From: a virus
IMG/VR virus record: IMGVR_UViG_3300002038_000009
Span: 1-59,401 of that record
Length of the DNA stretch: 59,401 nt
Direction: 5' to 3' (one strand)
Shown: piece by piece, positions 7,355 through 15,526 of the stretch
Layout: every line of letters begins with the position of its first letter
How positions within the stretch are numbered: position 1 is the stretch's first letter
The notes under the pieces: generated by a model
What the model saw: the letters and a program-made list of their open reading frames with translations, nothing else
Told to the model about the DNA's origin: nothing
Database searches by the model: none
Program-made: the position numbers and the translations under genes

Positions 7355-7381
7355 GCCCACACACGTGGGCTTTTTAATGCC
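7355..7381 (+). terminator. Rho-independent terminator, copy 2 (27-bp duplicate of 7312-7338)
   Basis: Identical GCCCACACACGTGGGCTTTTTAATGCC. Confidence 0.8.
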
Positions 7382-7700
7382 TGCCACATTTACCCCACAC
7401 ATCACACACGCAGCTCACACATTCCCCTATGACCGGTACCCGGTCGCATCATTTCAAAATAAATAAATAATTATTATACTACGTCGGGGACCCTACATTT
7501 ATGTTCCTGTCGTGGGCGCATACTGATCACGATTTGGCACTATAATCTCAGTTTGCATAGTACCACCACAAGAAGTGTTTATAATCATACACTTACGAGA
7601 GCGTACAAAATTAAGTCTGGCGCGGGCTAACCACAAATATTCCATATTCTGATACGGAATAAAATAATTGTACAAAACACTCGTGTACCGGGCCACAATC

Positions 7701-7709
7701 TGGTAAAAT
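7701..7709 (+). promoter_or_regulatory. candidate extended -10 promoter (TGgTAAAAT)
   Basis: TGGTAAAAT lies 26 nt upstream of ATG 7735. No good -35. Confidence 0.3.
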
Positions 7710-7734
7710 ATTATTTTTATTAAAGGTAAAATAA

Positions 7735-8001
7735 ATGCTTGATGTAGAAGAGCTATGTGGGGTATTTAAGAAGCCCCGAATATTATTATTTCGAGAAACT
7801 GCGGTTTTTGGAGCCACGGCAAAGGTTTTGCAGGGGGACGGAACAGTGATATGGAGAAACCGTATGGTGGACCCCTCTTCGAGTACCATCGAAGCTGCCC
7901 TAGAAGATTATGACAGTTTATTAGAGTTTGAAACTATGTGTTTTGTAAAACGAAGTAAGAACACTTTTGTAATGAGTCAACCAACACAGGAGAACACATA
8001 A
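7735..8001 (+). CDS. hypothetical protein (88 aa)
   Basis: ORF track. Confidence 0.65.
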   Translation: MLDVEELCGVFKKPRILLFRETAVFGATAKVLQGDGTVIWRNRMVDPSSSTIEAALEDYDSLLEFETMCFVKRSKNTFVMSQPTQENT

Positions 8002-8264
8002 TGCCTTGTTATACTCCGCCTCCGCCTTGGCAGGGGGAACAAAGAAGGAATGCTGAACAGGCTTCAGTAATTCTATGCGAATACTGCACTAAGCAATTGG
8101 CCGATGATGAATTTATGCCGCAAAAACTACTGAAGTGGTTTATACAGCATCGGGAAGTCGATTTATGGCAGGCTCAAGATAACGGTTGGGGCAGATCGAA
8201 GTCTCCAGAAGTTATTGATAAGATTAAGAAGGATATACAGAAATTATCCAGACTAATCAAATAA
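8001..8264 (+). CDS. hypothetical protein (87 aa)
   Basis: ORF track. TAATG overlap with the previous gene. Confidence 0.7.
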   Translation: MPCYTPPPPWQGEQRRNAEQASVILCEYCTKQLADDEFMPQKLLKWFIQHREVDLWQAQDNGWGRSKSPEVIDKIKKDIQKLSRLIK

Positions 8265-8269
8265 ACCCC

Positions 8270-8298
8270 TTGACAAAAGTAACAAACTATGGTTTAAT
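8270..8298 (+). promoter_or_regulatory. sigma70 promoter (TTGACA-N17-TTTAAT)
   Basis: -35 at 8270-8275 and -10 at 8293-8298, with the same CCCTTGACAA context as the other early promoters. Confidence 0.65.
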
Positions 8299-8389
8299 AG
8301 CGTTTCATGGGATTGATTAACATACAAACCCCTATATTTAGTGTCGCTATTATGAATATGAAAGATAAAGAATCAGAGTGTATCGAGTA

Positions 8390-8635
8390 ATGGCGACTTG
8401 GAGAGAATTGATAGGTAGGGCACTTCATGATGGCGACGTATTGATATCAAATACGCTATCAGAAGAAGAAATGGATCGTGAGTTCGATAGCGATTATGGC
8501 GCGGAGGAGGGTCTACCATTCACAGCGTGGAGTAAAGACTGGGTTTATTTTCCGGTTGGTTATGATGGTTCTGAACGGGTGCGCAGTGTGCCCCGTAATC
8601 CTAATGGGGAAGCTACTCCTCATCTGGGAGGTTAG
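8390..8635 (+). CDS. hypothetical acidic protein (81 aa from ATG 8390)
   Basis: The ORF track starts at GTG 8378. ATG 8390 overlaps the stop of a 12-codon remnant ORF (8352-8390). Confidence 0.65.
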   Translation: MATWRELIGRALHDGDVLISNTLSEEEMDREFDSDYGAEEGLPFTAWSKDWVYFPVGYDGSERVRSVPRNPNGEATPHLGG

Positions 8636-8637
8636 TA

Positions 8638-8700
8638 ATGGGCCTGTTCGGAAAGAAGCGCATAGCTGACGCCCTACCTCTAATCAAGGTGGTGAAATGA
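8638..8700 (+). CDS. micro-ORF (20 aa), translationally coupled on both sides
   Basis: GGAGG lies 7 nt upstream. MGLFGKKRIADALPLIKVVK. ATGA overlap with the next gene. Confidence 0.3.
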   Translation: MGLFGKKRIADALPLIKVVK

Positions 8701-8936
8701 CCACTTTAAAGGTTAATAGGAATATTATTGAGTTTAGTGACTCGGAGTTGACTGACCTAGAAAAGCTAAAGGCTTGCTTCGATGATATTGGGGTGGAGTA
8801 TGAGTTTGCTATCGAGAAGAGACCGCAAGGGGATAGCCACCTCGAGATAAGAGGTGGCAATTACTCTTATTTCAGATTTCAATTTGATGGTTCGGATGAT
8901 GGTAAGTATTTAGGTTGTGCTGAGAGCGGCACATGA
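8697..8936 (+). CDS. hypothetical protein (79 aa)
   Basis: ORF track. Confidence 0.65.
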   Translation: MTTLKVNRNIIEFSDSELTDLEKLKACFDDIGVEYEFAIEKRPQGDSHLEIRGGNYSYFRFQFDGSDDGKYLGCAESGT

Positions 8937-9262
8937 ACCGTAGAGGATTCCTAGCCACATCACTCGCGGCCTGCGCTGCCCCAGCTTTCGTTAAGAGCGA
9001 GAGTTTGATGGGGTTGTGGGTTCCGAGAGATCGATTTGTTTTTACATCGGAAATGATGGCTGATGTTAGCAATAAGATGCTTGAGTTAATCTGTGAGAAG
9101 TTTATGGTTGTCCATAATAATATTTTAGAAGATAATTATGGTATTTCATATAGGGACTCAATATCTGAGATAACTCAAATTGCATTGAATAGGCACGGAA
9201 GATCTGCTGAAGATTTCAAGGTTGTTGGTGGTGAATTGATTTTGGTTGGAGAGGTATTATGA
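8933..9262 (+). CDS. small protein with a twin-arginine (Tat)-like signal peptide (109 aa)
   Basis: The N-terminus MNRRGFLATSLAACAAPAFV matches the S/T-R-R-x-F-L Tat pattern followed by a hydrophobic stretch and AxA. Confidence 0.6.
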   Translation: MNRRGFLATSLAACAAPAFVKSESLMGLWVPRDRFVFTSEMMADVSNKMLELICEKFMVVHNNILEDNYGISYRDSISEITQIALNRHGRSAEDFKVVGGELILVGEVL

Positions 9263-9372
9263 ATATGAATATGAAATATAAAGAATCAGGGTGTATCGGT
9301 AAGGAGGGCTTCAAGCCTCGGTTTATACTTGACGATGAGCCTTTGCTGATACTTGACCCAACTGATATCTAA
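9259..9372 (+). CDS. small ORF (37 aa)
   Basis: ATGA overlap with the previous stop. MNMNMKYKESGCIGKEGFKPRFILDDEPLLILDPTDI. Its 5' end is duplicated at 8348-8385. Confidence 0.4.
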   Translation: MNMNMKYKESGCIGKEGFKPRFILDDEPLLILDPTDI

Positions 9373-9445
9373 TTTAAAGAATTTGATCTGCGCACGCTAA
9401 CAAAGCCCGTCATTCCAGTGAACACGTTTCACCTTTGACGCGTCC

Positions 9446-9482
9446 AAACCCCGTTTCTATTGGCGTAGAGCGGGGTTTTTAT
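9446..9482 (+). terminator. Rho-independent terminator
   Basis: AAACCCCG (9446-9453) / CGGGGTTT (9471-9478), followed by a T run. Confidence 0.8.
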
Positions 9483-9725
9483 TTAAAATTCATGCAAAGT
9501 GGAGTTGTTATTTCTTAAGGTTGTAGATAGTTAATATCCAATATCCGGATAATGGATAATTAAATCAAAAAGATAGAGCTATATCGTGTAGATATTCCGT
9601 ATTCGAATGTGGAATAGCGGCGTTGACTAATTCAAGTTGTTCGTAAAACTTGAAAATACGCCAACGTAAGTGAGATTTGCAAGCTTACTGATGAGTATAC
9701 AAACTCGCTGCAAATGTATACCTAT

Positions 9726-9749
9726 AAGTTGCTTTTGAAGTTGCTTTTG
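9726..9749 (+). repeat. perfect tandem 12-mer AAGTTGCTTTTG x2
   Basis: Direct reading. The second copy supplies TTGCTT, which with an 18-nt spacer faces TATAAG at 9765-9770. Confidence 0.85.
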
Positions 9750-9850
9750 GTTTAAAAAGAAGCATATAAGGGTACCCACACTACCAAAATATCGACATGT
9801 TTAAACTATGTGTCGGTTGCATAAACATATCTATGCAAAAAGGATCTCCC

Positions 9851-10033
9851 ATGAACCCCGAACAAATTTTAATAAGGCGCCAGCAGCGTAAATTGCTAGG
9901 AGCCTGTGCTACTTGCACTCACGCAACAGAAAACTATAAAAACCTTGGCGCCCCCGCTTGTGAAAAGGGGTCCGCCACCTTCAAGAAAAAACAATGCGCC
10001 CGCTTTGAGTATAACTCTCATTGGGCCCGCTAG
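9851..10033 (+). CDS. small Cys-rich protein (60 aa from ATG 9851)
   Basis: AGGA RBS 6 nt upstream of MNPEQILIRRQQ. The ORF track extends to 9797. Confidence 0.5.
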   Translation: MNPEQILIRRQQRKLLGACATCTHATENYKNLGAPACEKGSATFKKKQCARFEYNSHWAR

Positions 10034-10036
10034 TAC

Positions 10037-10145
10037 AAGAATAGCAACAACCCACACTAATAAGAAAGGAAGATAGGTTTAACCTGAAGCACAGGATGCT
10101 GAAGCTCTGATCCTCATACTGGAATTGAGGTCTGTTGCTATTCTT
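10037..10145 (+). other. 109-nt element closed by a 13-bp stem in the leader of the structural operon
   Basis: AAGAATAGCAACA (10037-10049) pairs with TGTTGCTATTCTT (10133-10145). There are internal hairpins such as CCTCA..TGAGG. Confidence 0.4.
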
Positions 10146-10193
10146 ACCATTAACAAACGGTCATTTGTTAACTATACATACGGAGAGTAACAC

Positions 10194-11909
10194 ATGACTT
10201 TTGTCGCAACTGATTGGTCGTTTGATCGTGCTAATGGTAACTTACGTTACATTGGTGGTGATCATGACGGCACAGGGGGTACGCCTAGCTACGCCACCAC
10301 CCTTGAGATACACAGAGCTATTCAGGATTTCGAAGATAACTTGACTAGTTCCGGTGACGATGAAATCGACATCACCGACATCGACTTCTCTAGCCGATCA
10401 ACAGATAACATTATAACCTTGATTGGTTCAGCTAATATCGATGATGCTTCCTCGGAACACATCTACAATGGCTCTATCATTCAGAATGGTGGTGATGACA
10501 TCTATGACGGTATCGTTAACTTCGGTAACTCGACCGTTCAGATCCAGATCATCCAGAACGGTACTGTTTTAGCCGATGACTGGTGGAACTTCAGTGGGGG
10601 TGGTTTGAATGCTGACGGCAATGCTGGTATCTCACACAACTTTATGATCAAAACCCGTGATGCGGGTGCAGACATCGATGGTCGACGCCTTTTGGGCACA
10701 ACTAAAGTGTATGGTAAAACATACTCTGAGTTCCCAATTAACGGAACGCAGCGTGGTCTAAACGTACTGGCTCTTTCTAATACTGACGATCTTAATAACG
10801 CTACAGCTTCAGGTACAGTTGCGGCCTATCCGATCACAAACCTTACAGAAGGTTATAACGGGATCGATGTTGACGGTAACGGATCAGACGAGTTCTACTA
10901 CTCAGAATGGGACCTAGCGGGACAAGCTATCAATGACTATTATGAGTATGCTAAGTACATCACACGTGACGGATCAGCAGAAACCTTGTACGGACTATCG
11001 GGTGAGTTGTTTCGGGGTATAACGCACGAGATCGACATTGATACACCTACGGGCACGTTTAATGCGTTTGAGCCCGTTAGTTGGGCAACAGGGACTGGGC
11101 AAATGCTTGCTATCGATTCCCCGACGGCTGGGACGAAGATGTATATACAACTTCTAACCGGCGTGGCACCAACTGACAACCAAACAATCACAGGCGGTAC
11201 GTCTACGGCAACTGCCGATGTTAACCTGACGGTTACAGAACGCCCTGTTGCCGATGTATTTGTTGGCGTATCAACGGGTTCCGCTATTATCGGAGCCTAC
11301 GGACTTGGTATCGAAAGTGCTGATCTTGCCGCAACAGACAAAGTATTTGATTTAACAAATACACAGATCACACCGCCTAACCAAGTAACGTTCAGCGTAT
11401 CGGGGCTGGTAATTGGCGAGGACACTGTTCACGTAGCACCTTGGGACGGGGCTAGTACCGATGTCAATGGAGACCCGGCCTTTGATAAGGACCAACTATC
11501 CCTGAATACGGCTCTGACCACCGATAACATTACATCTGTGGTAACCACAGCCGCGATTCCATCCGACACCCCTTCTTCTGGCTATATCCGAGTAGTGGAC
11601 GATAATGGCTTCTCTCGTAGGCTAAGTTATTCAAGTTGGACTGGATCGGTGTTCACAATCGACTCTACGGACGGACAAGAAGACTTTGCCGCCGTGAACG
11701 CTAGTGTGTCAAACAATGTTTGGATCAGTTACCTAGACTTAGTTGCGACAGCCACCACCGAGACATTCACAGTGGTTTACGATTCTGATCGACAACTAGT
11801 GGTACTTGTTCGAGACGGCGGGGGTACTCCGATTAAGCAATTTATCACCTCGGCTACTTTAGGTAGTTCAGGTGGTTCTGTATCGGCTATTAGGACTTCC
11901 GACTTGTAG
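10194..11909 (+). CDS. large virion-protein candidate (571 aa, Gly/Thr/Asp-rich; fibre or spike-like)
   Basis: Long ORF with GGAG RBS. First gene after the structured leader. Function inferred only from size, composition and context. Confidence 0.6.
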   Translation: MTFVATDWSFDRANGNLRYIGGDHDGTGGTPSYATTLEIHRAIQDFEDNLTSSGDDEIDITDIDFSSRSTDNIITLIGSANIDDASSEHIYNGSIIQNGGDDIYDGIVNFGNSTVQIQIIQNGTVLADDWWNFSGGGLNADGNAGISHNFMIKTRDAGADIDGRRLLGTTKVYGKTYSEFPINGTQRGLNVLALSNTDDLNNATASGTVAAYPITNLTEGYNGIDVDGNGSDEFYYSEWDLAGQAINDYYEYAKYITRDGSAETLYGLSGELFRGITHEIDIDTPTGTFNAFEPVSWATGTGQMLAIDSPTAGTKMYIQLLTGVAPTDNQTITGGTSTATADVNLTVTERPVADVFVGVSTGSAIIGAYGLGIESADLAATDKVFDLTNTQITPPNQVTFSVSGLVIGEDTVHVAPWDGASTDVNGDPAFDKDQLSLNTALTTDNITSVVTTAAIPSDTPSSGYIRVVDDNGFSRRLSYSSWTGSVFTIDSTDGQEDFAAVNASVSNNVWISYLDLVATATTETFTVVYDSDRQLVVLVRDGGGTPIKQFITSATLGSSGGSVSAIRTSDL

Positions 11910-12319
11910 TGAAGCTGGTTTTTCATCACGAAGACTTCGACAGAGACGTATCAAGCGGTACGTCTCATGCATTATCACAATGGATGGAATTGTGTTCAGC
12001 ATTCGATGTCACGGACGTTATTATAATAAACAAAACACCAGATAAATTAGTTTATCCTAACCAAGAGATTAATGTACAAACGCTTCCATCACTGAAATAT
12101 TTTCTTTTACTAGAAGAGCCCTATATTTTCGTAGAGCAAGGGGGGCACCCTTGCTACTCGTCCCTTGATTATAAAGGAGAGTGGCTGGTTTTTGGCGGAC
12201 ACAGGGGGTTGCCCATGATTGAGGGGACTAAATACGTAACAATAAAAACACCAGTAGCTTTGTACCCTAGAGAAGCGGCTGCTGTAGTGATGTCTAATAT
12301 ATGGCTGACATCACTTTAG
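11909..12319 (+). CDS. hypothetical protein (136 aa, GTG start). C-terminus weakly SPOUT-methyltransferase-like
   Basis: WLVFGGHRGLP...VTIKTPVALYPREAAAVVMSNI loosely resembles SpoU motifs 2/3. This is weak. Confidence 0.5.
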   Translation: MKLVFHHEDFDRDVSSGTSHALSQWMELCSAFDVTDVIIINKTPDKLVYPNQEINVQTLPSLKYFLLLEEPYIFVEQGGHPCYSSLDYKGEWLVFGGHRGLPMIEGTKYVTIKTPVALYPREAAAVVMSNIWLTSL

Positions 12320-13815
12320 ACGGCGTCGTTCAAAACACAGCCGAATCTACGGCAGGCTGGAGTACTGGTAATCTCGATGGTGAATTGTTCTATCAAGGAT
12401 CTGGGTCTATTGGAGCGAAAGTTGGTTCGGGTACGTCGCCTTTTGTACATACAGGCACCGCACGAAATTTTTCGTTAGCGGGGGCCAATGAGGGGGATCA
12501 TATTATTGTGATCCTAACTTCGCTGACAGCCGGTAAACTGGACACTAAGGCAAATGGGGGTTTACGTATTAGGTGTGGGTCCTCTACCAGTGTTTATGGA
12601 GACTGGTATGTGGATGGATCGGACACTAAGTCTCCCACTACGTCTTTCTTACCCTATATAGCTGATCCTGAGTCGGATTTTGATGCTGTTGCAGGGGGGT
12701 TTAGTCTAACGGGAAACCCTGCTCAGTTGAGTGCCACCCCTTCTTTCGGGGGTGTTTTTAAAGCAGTCTCTGGTATTATGGGTAACTTTAACAACAGCTT
12801 GGTCGATCAAATTACCATTGGTAAGGGGTTACAGGCAACAGGAACAGCGGGAGTACTGCAAGACTTTGTTGATGCAGATGAAGGGACGACCAATAACCGA
12901 TACGGCTTTATTACAACCAAAGACGGAATTGTTTACTGCCAAGGAAAATTATTTTTTGGCACCTCTTCCGCTTCTTTAGCTTTCTCTGATTCGGATCAGG
13001 TTTTAGTTTTTCAGGACGCCCCCGTAGCAAGTACTTTTTACGAGATGATCTTTGACAATAGCGGTAGTTCTTCCGTACTCGATAGTTGGGTTATTAAGTC
13101 CGCAGGTTTGTCTCAAGCAGCGTTCACTGTACTGAATGGTTCGGTGGAAGTTAAAAACGGTACTATTACAGCTTTCCGACAATTTGATCTAAACACAGCG
13201 ACTACTTTTACAGATCAAAAAATATCTAACTCGGGAGTAATTAATGTTAACGGGGCTACCCTATCAGGGTGCATTATTAACGACTCCACTGCTACCTCCG
13301 CACTTGTAGTGGATACAGCGTCCCACATAAATAATATTAGTGACACCTTGTTTGCAAGTAATACAGGACACTCCATAGAGTTAACTGATCAGGGTACATA
13401 TTCTTTCTCAGGACTTACATTTACAGGAGGGGGTGCTGACGGCACCGCTACCGCGGATATTTATAATAATTCTGGCGGAGCCATAACGATAAACATTGTT
13501 GGCGGCTCCACACCAACGGTTAGAAATGGTGCAGGAGCAACAACTGTAATTAATAATGCGGTGGATATTGTACTAACTGACATGGTTGCCGGGAGTACTA
13601 TTCAGATTTTTGATCTAACAAATTCTGTGGAGTTGTTCAGGTTAATAGAACCCACCAACACCTTTTCAGGAACGGTGAATTTTGTAGGACCAATCACATT
13701 ACGTATTCGGGTAAGGAACGCAAGCAGCTCACCTTTTTATAAAACTTTTAATGCCACAGGTACCTTGACAAGCTCGGGGTTCAACCTCTCTGTTAACCAA
13801 GAACTGGATGAATAA
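12301..13815 (+). CDS. beta-helix-like fibre/spike candidate (504 aa)
   Basis: Long ORF with repetitive Gly/Ser/Thr/Asn-rich beta-strand-like segments. Confidence 0.6.
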   Translation: MADITLDGVVQNTAESTAGWSTGNLDGELFYQGSGSIGAKVGSGTSPFVHTGTARNFSLAGANEGDHIIVILTSLTAGKLDTKANGGLRIRCGSSTSVYGDWYVDGSDTKSPTTSFLPYIADPESDFDAVAGGFSLTGNPAQLSATPSFGGVFKAVSGIMGNFNNSLVDQITIGKGLQATGTAGVLQDFVDADEGTTNNRYGFITTKDGIVYCQGKLFFGTSSASLAFSDSDQVLVFQDAPVASTFYEMIFDNSGSSSVLDSWVIKSAGLSQAAFTVLNGSVEVKNGTITAFRQFDLNTATTFTDQKISNSGVINVNGATLSGCIINDSTATSALVVDTASHINNISDTLFASNTGHSIELTDQGTYSFSGLTFTGGGADGTATADIYNNSGGAITINIVGGSTPTVRNGAGATTVINNAVDIVLTDMVAGSTIQIFDLTNSVELFRLIEPTNTFSGTVNFVGPITLRIRVRNASSSPFYKTFNATGTLTSSGFNLSVNQELDE

Positions 13816-14054
13816 TGACTGACGAATTTAATGTACACGTTGCTAAGGCAATGGAAGAAGTGAATGTGCGTAACGCCCGTTCTATTGTGGAGTACTCTAA
13901 GGCCACACGTGGACTGGTCGATGACCTAATTAGTAGGTTTAATACCCTCGAGGGGCAACTGCAGCAAAGAGACCTCGAGATCGATCAACTTAAACAAAAA
14001 GTAGTGGCGCTACAGGTAGTTAACGCAAAGCGAGATGCGGTTAACGTTACGTAA
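13815..14054 (+). CDS. coiled-coil protein (79 aa)
   Basis: ORF track. Heptad-like ...LEGQLQQRDLEIDQLKQKVVALQ. Confidence 0.65.
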   Translation: MTDEFNVHVAKAMEEVNVRNARSIVEYSKATRGLVDDLISRFNTLEGQLQQRDLEIDQLKQKVVALQVVNAKRDAVNVT

Positions 14055-14056
14055 TC

Positions 14057-14626
14057 ATGTTGACGATTGATTGGGGAACAACTTATCGCATTCACGTACC
14101 CCAATCATATTTAGAGTTTGTTAGTACCGATATCTACAATCTGGATACCGAGCAGTTTAGAAGAGACCTTTTACTTTTAGAGCATTCTGTTGAGGGAATA
14201 GTCGAGCCGAAAACACACGAGCACAACACAACCTACACCATATCGGACGTGGAGTACGCGAGAGCGATACAAATCCTCCCTCCTTACAGCGTAGAGTTTG
14301 AGGAAGGCCAGTATACGGTAAACTTAATAGGTTCTAACAATAACATTGGTGATGTTAAGGCCGGGATACTCGTACGTAATCAAGTACAAGTCATACCGGG
14401 TAATACGGCTGGCTTGGTGGTTTCTGAAGGAGGTGATGGCGGGACCACAATAATTAGAGGGGATAGTTGCTGTACAACATTTGTACATAGTAACCCGATA
14501 GAGTCGTATGTTGTCGCTAATGCAACTAACACTGATGTATCACTTAGAGGACACTTATCCGTTAATCAAAAACCTTTACAACGTACAGTTACTTCTACAT
14601 CAAGGTTAACTGTCAACGCGAGTTAA
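14057..14626 (+). CDS. hypothetical structural-module protein (189 aa)
   Basis: ORF track. Confidence 0.65.
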   Translation: MLTIDWGTTYRIHVPQSYLEFVSTDIYNLDTEQFRRDLLLLEHSVEGIVEPKTHEHNTTYTISDVEYARAIQILPPYSVEFEEGQYTVNLIGSNNNIGDVKAGILVRNQVQVIPGNTAGLVVSEGGDGGTTIIRGDSCCTTFVHSNPIESYVVANATNTDVSLRGHLSVNQKPLQRTVTSTSRLTVNAS

Positions 14627-14630
14627 ACAC

Positions 14631-15014
14631 ATGACAACAAATCTAGATCCGATCGTAACTAATCAGCAGTTCAGAGCCCGTTGGGTTTTGAGAGGTTTAG
14701 AGCACGAGGACGAACAGTTTCGAATAAGTCCCTCCGCTACTGTTGAGGCCATAATAAAGTCGCCCCGAGGTAATACCGCGTACACACCTTGGGTGACATT
14801 GAACCATGACGATAATCGCGACGACAACTGGTCCTTGTCAACAATAGATCTGATCTTTGACTCCGCCCATACAGCCCTTGTGGTTAACACAGACACTGCC
14901 ATCATTGCTGTTCGTATACAAGGTGTATTCGTAGATCGAGATGGTACTGATACAACAGATACATATGACAAGATATTTTCGGCGCTTTACCCGGTGGAGG
15001 AAGGCTTAGCATAA
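14631..15014 (+). CDS. hypothetical protein (127 aa)
   Basis: ORF track. Confidence 0.65.
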   Translation: MTTNLDPIVTNQQFRARWVLRGLEHEDEQFRISPSATVEAIIKSPRGNTAYTPWVTLNHDDNRDDNWSLSTIDLIFDSAHTALVVNTDTAIIAVRIQGVFVDRDGTDTTDTYDKIFSALYPVEEGLA

Positions 15015-15034
15015 CTTAATTTTACGGTCAAAAT

Positions 15035-15526
15035 ATGGAAACCTTTTCTCAAAATCGATTAGCCGAGCTTACGGGTGTGGATAGACGCACCCTAAAGAAG
15101 TACTTGGCTAAGTATGCACCGGACAAGAAGTCTGACACAAGAGAGGAGTATTCATTTAAGACTGCCGCTATAGCACTCAGTGCTATGCCTTCGTGGAAGG
15201 TGTCAGATTCTAAGGGTGCTGAAACAGACCCCGCTAAGATGGAGCCTAAGGACCGTAAAGATTGGTACGACGCTGAAAACAAACGTCTTTCCTATGAGTC
15301 CTCTTTACGAGAACTGATACCAGTTGCAGAAGTCAGGGAGGTCGTGGCGGAGGCCTTTAAGATTGTTACCTTTGCTTTAGACACGTTACCAGACAGAATT
15401 GAACACCAAGTTGGGCTGCAGCCTGATCAGTTAAAGGTTTTCTTGGGATCGGTTGATGACGCACGACAATCATTAGCCCAGAACCTACAAGAATTCTTGG
15501 AAGAGGACGATGACACACCAGCATAG
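15035..15526 (+). CDS. terminase small subunit candidate
   Basis: N-terminal HTH-like NRLAELTGVDRRTLKKYL and an acidic C-terminus. Overlaps the large terminase start. Confidence 0.65.
   Translation: METFSQNRLAELTGVDRRTLKKYLAKYAPDKKSDTREEYSFKTAAIALSAMPSWKVSDSKGAETDPAKMEPKDRKDWYDAENKRLSYESSLRELIPVAEVREVVAEAFKIVTFALDTLPDRIEHQVGLQPDQLKVFLGSVDDARQSLAQNLQEFLEEDDDTPA

Noticed and set aside
7499-7889. Minus-strand ORFs 7499-7696 and 7611-7889
   Set aside because: They are antisense to the rightward transcription unit and partly overlap gene 7735-8001. Their composition is odd (Cys/Asn/Phe-rich) and they have no RBS. The region is better explained as non-coding spacer plus a promoter.
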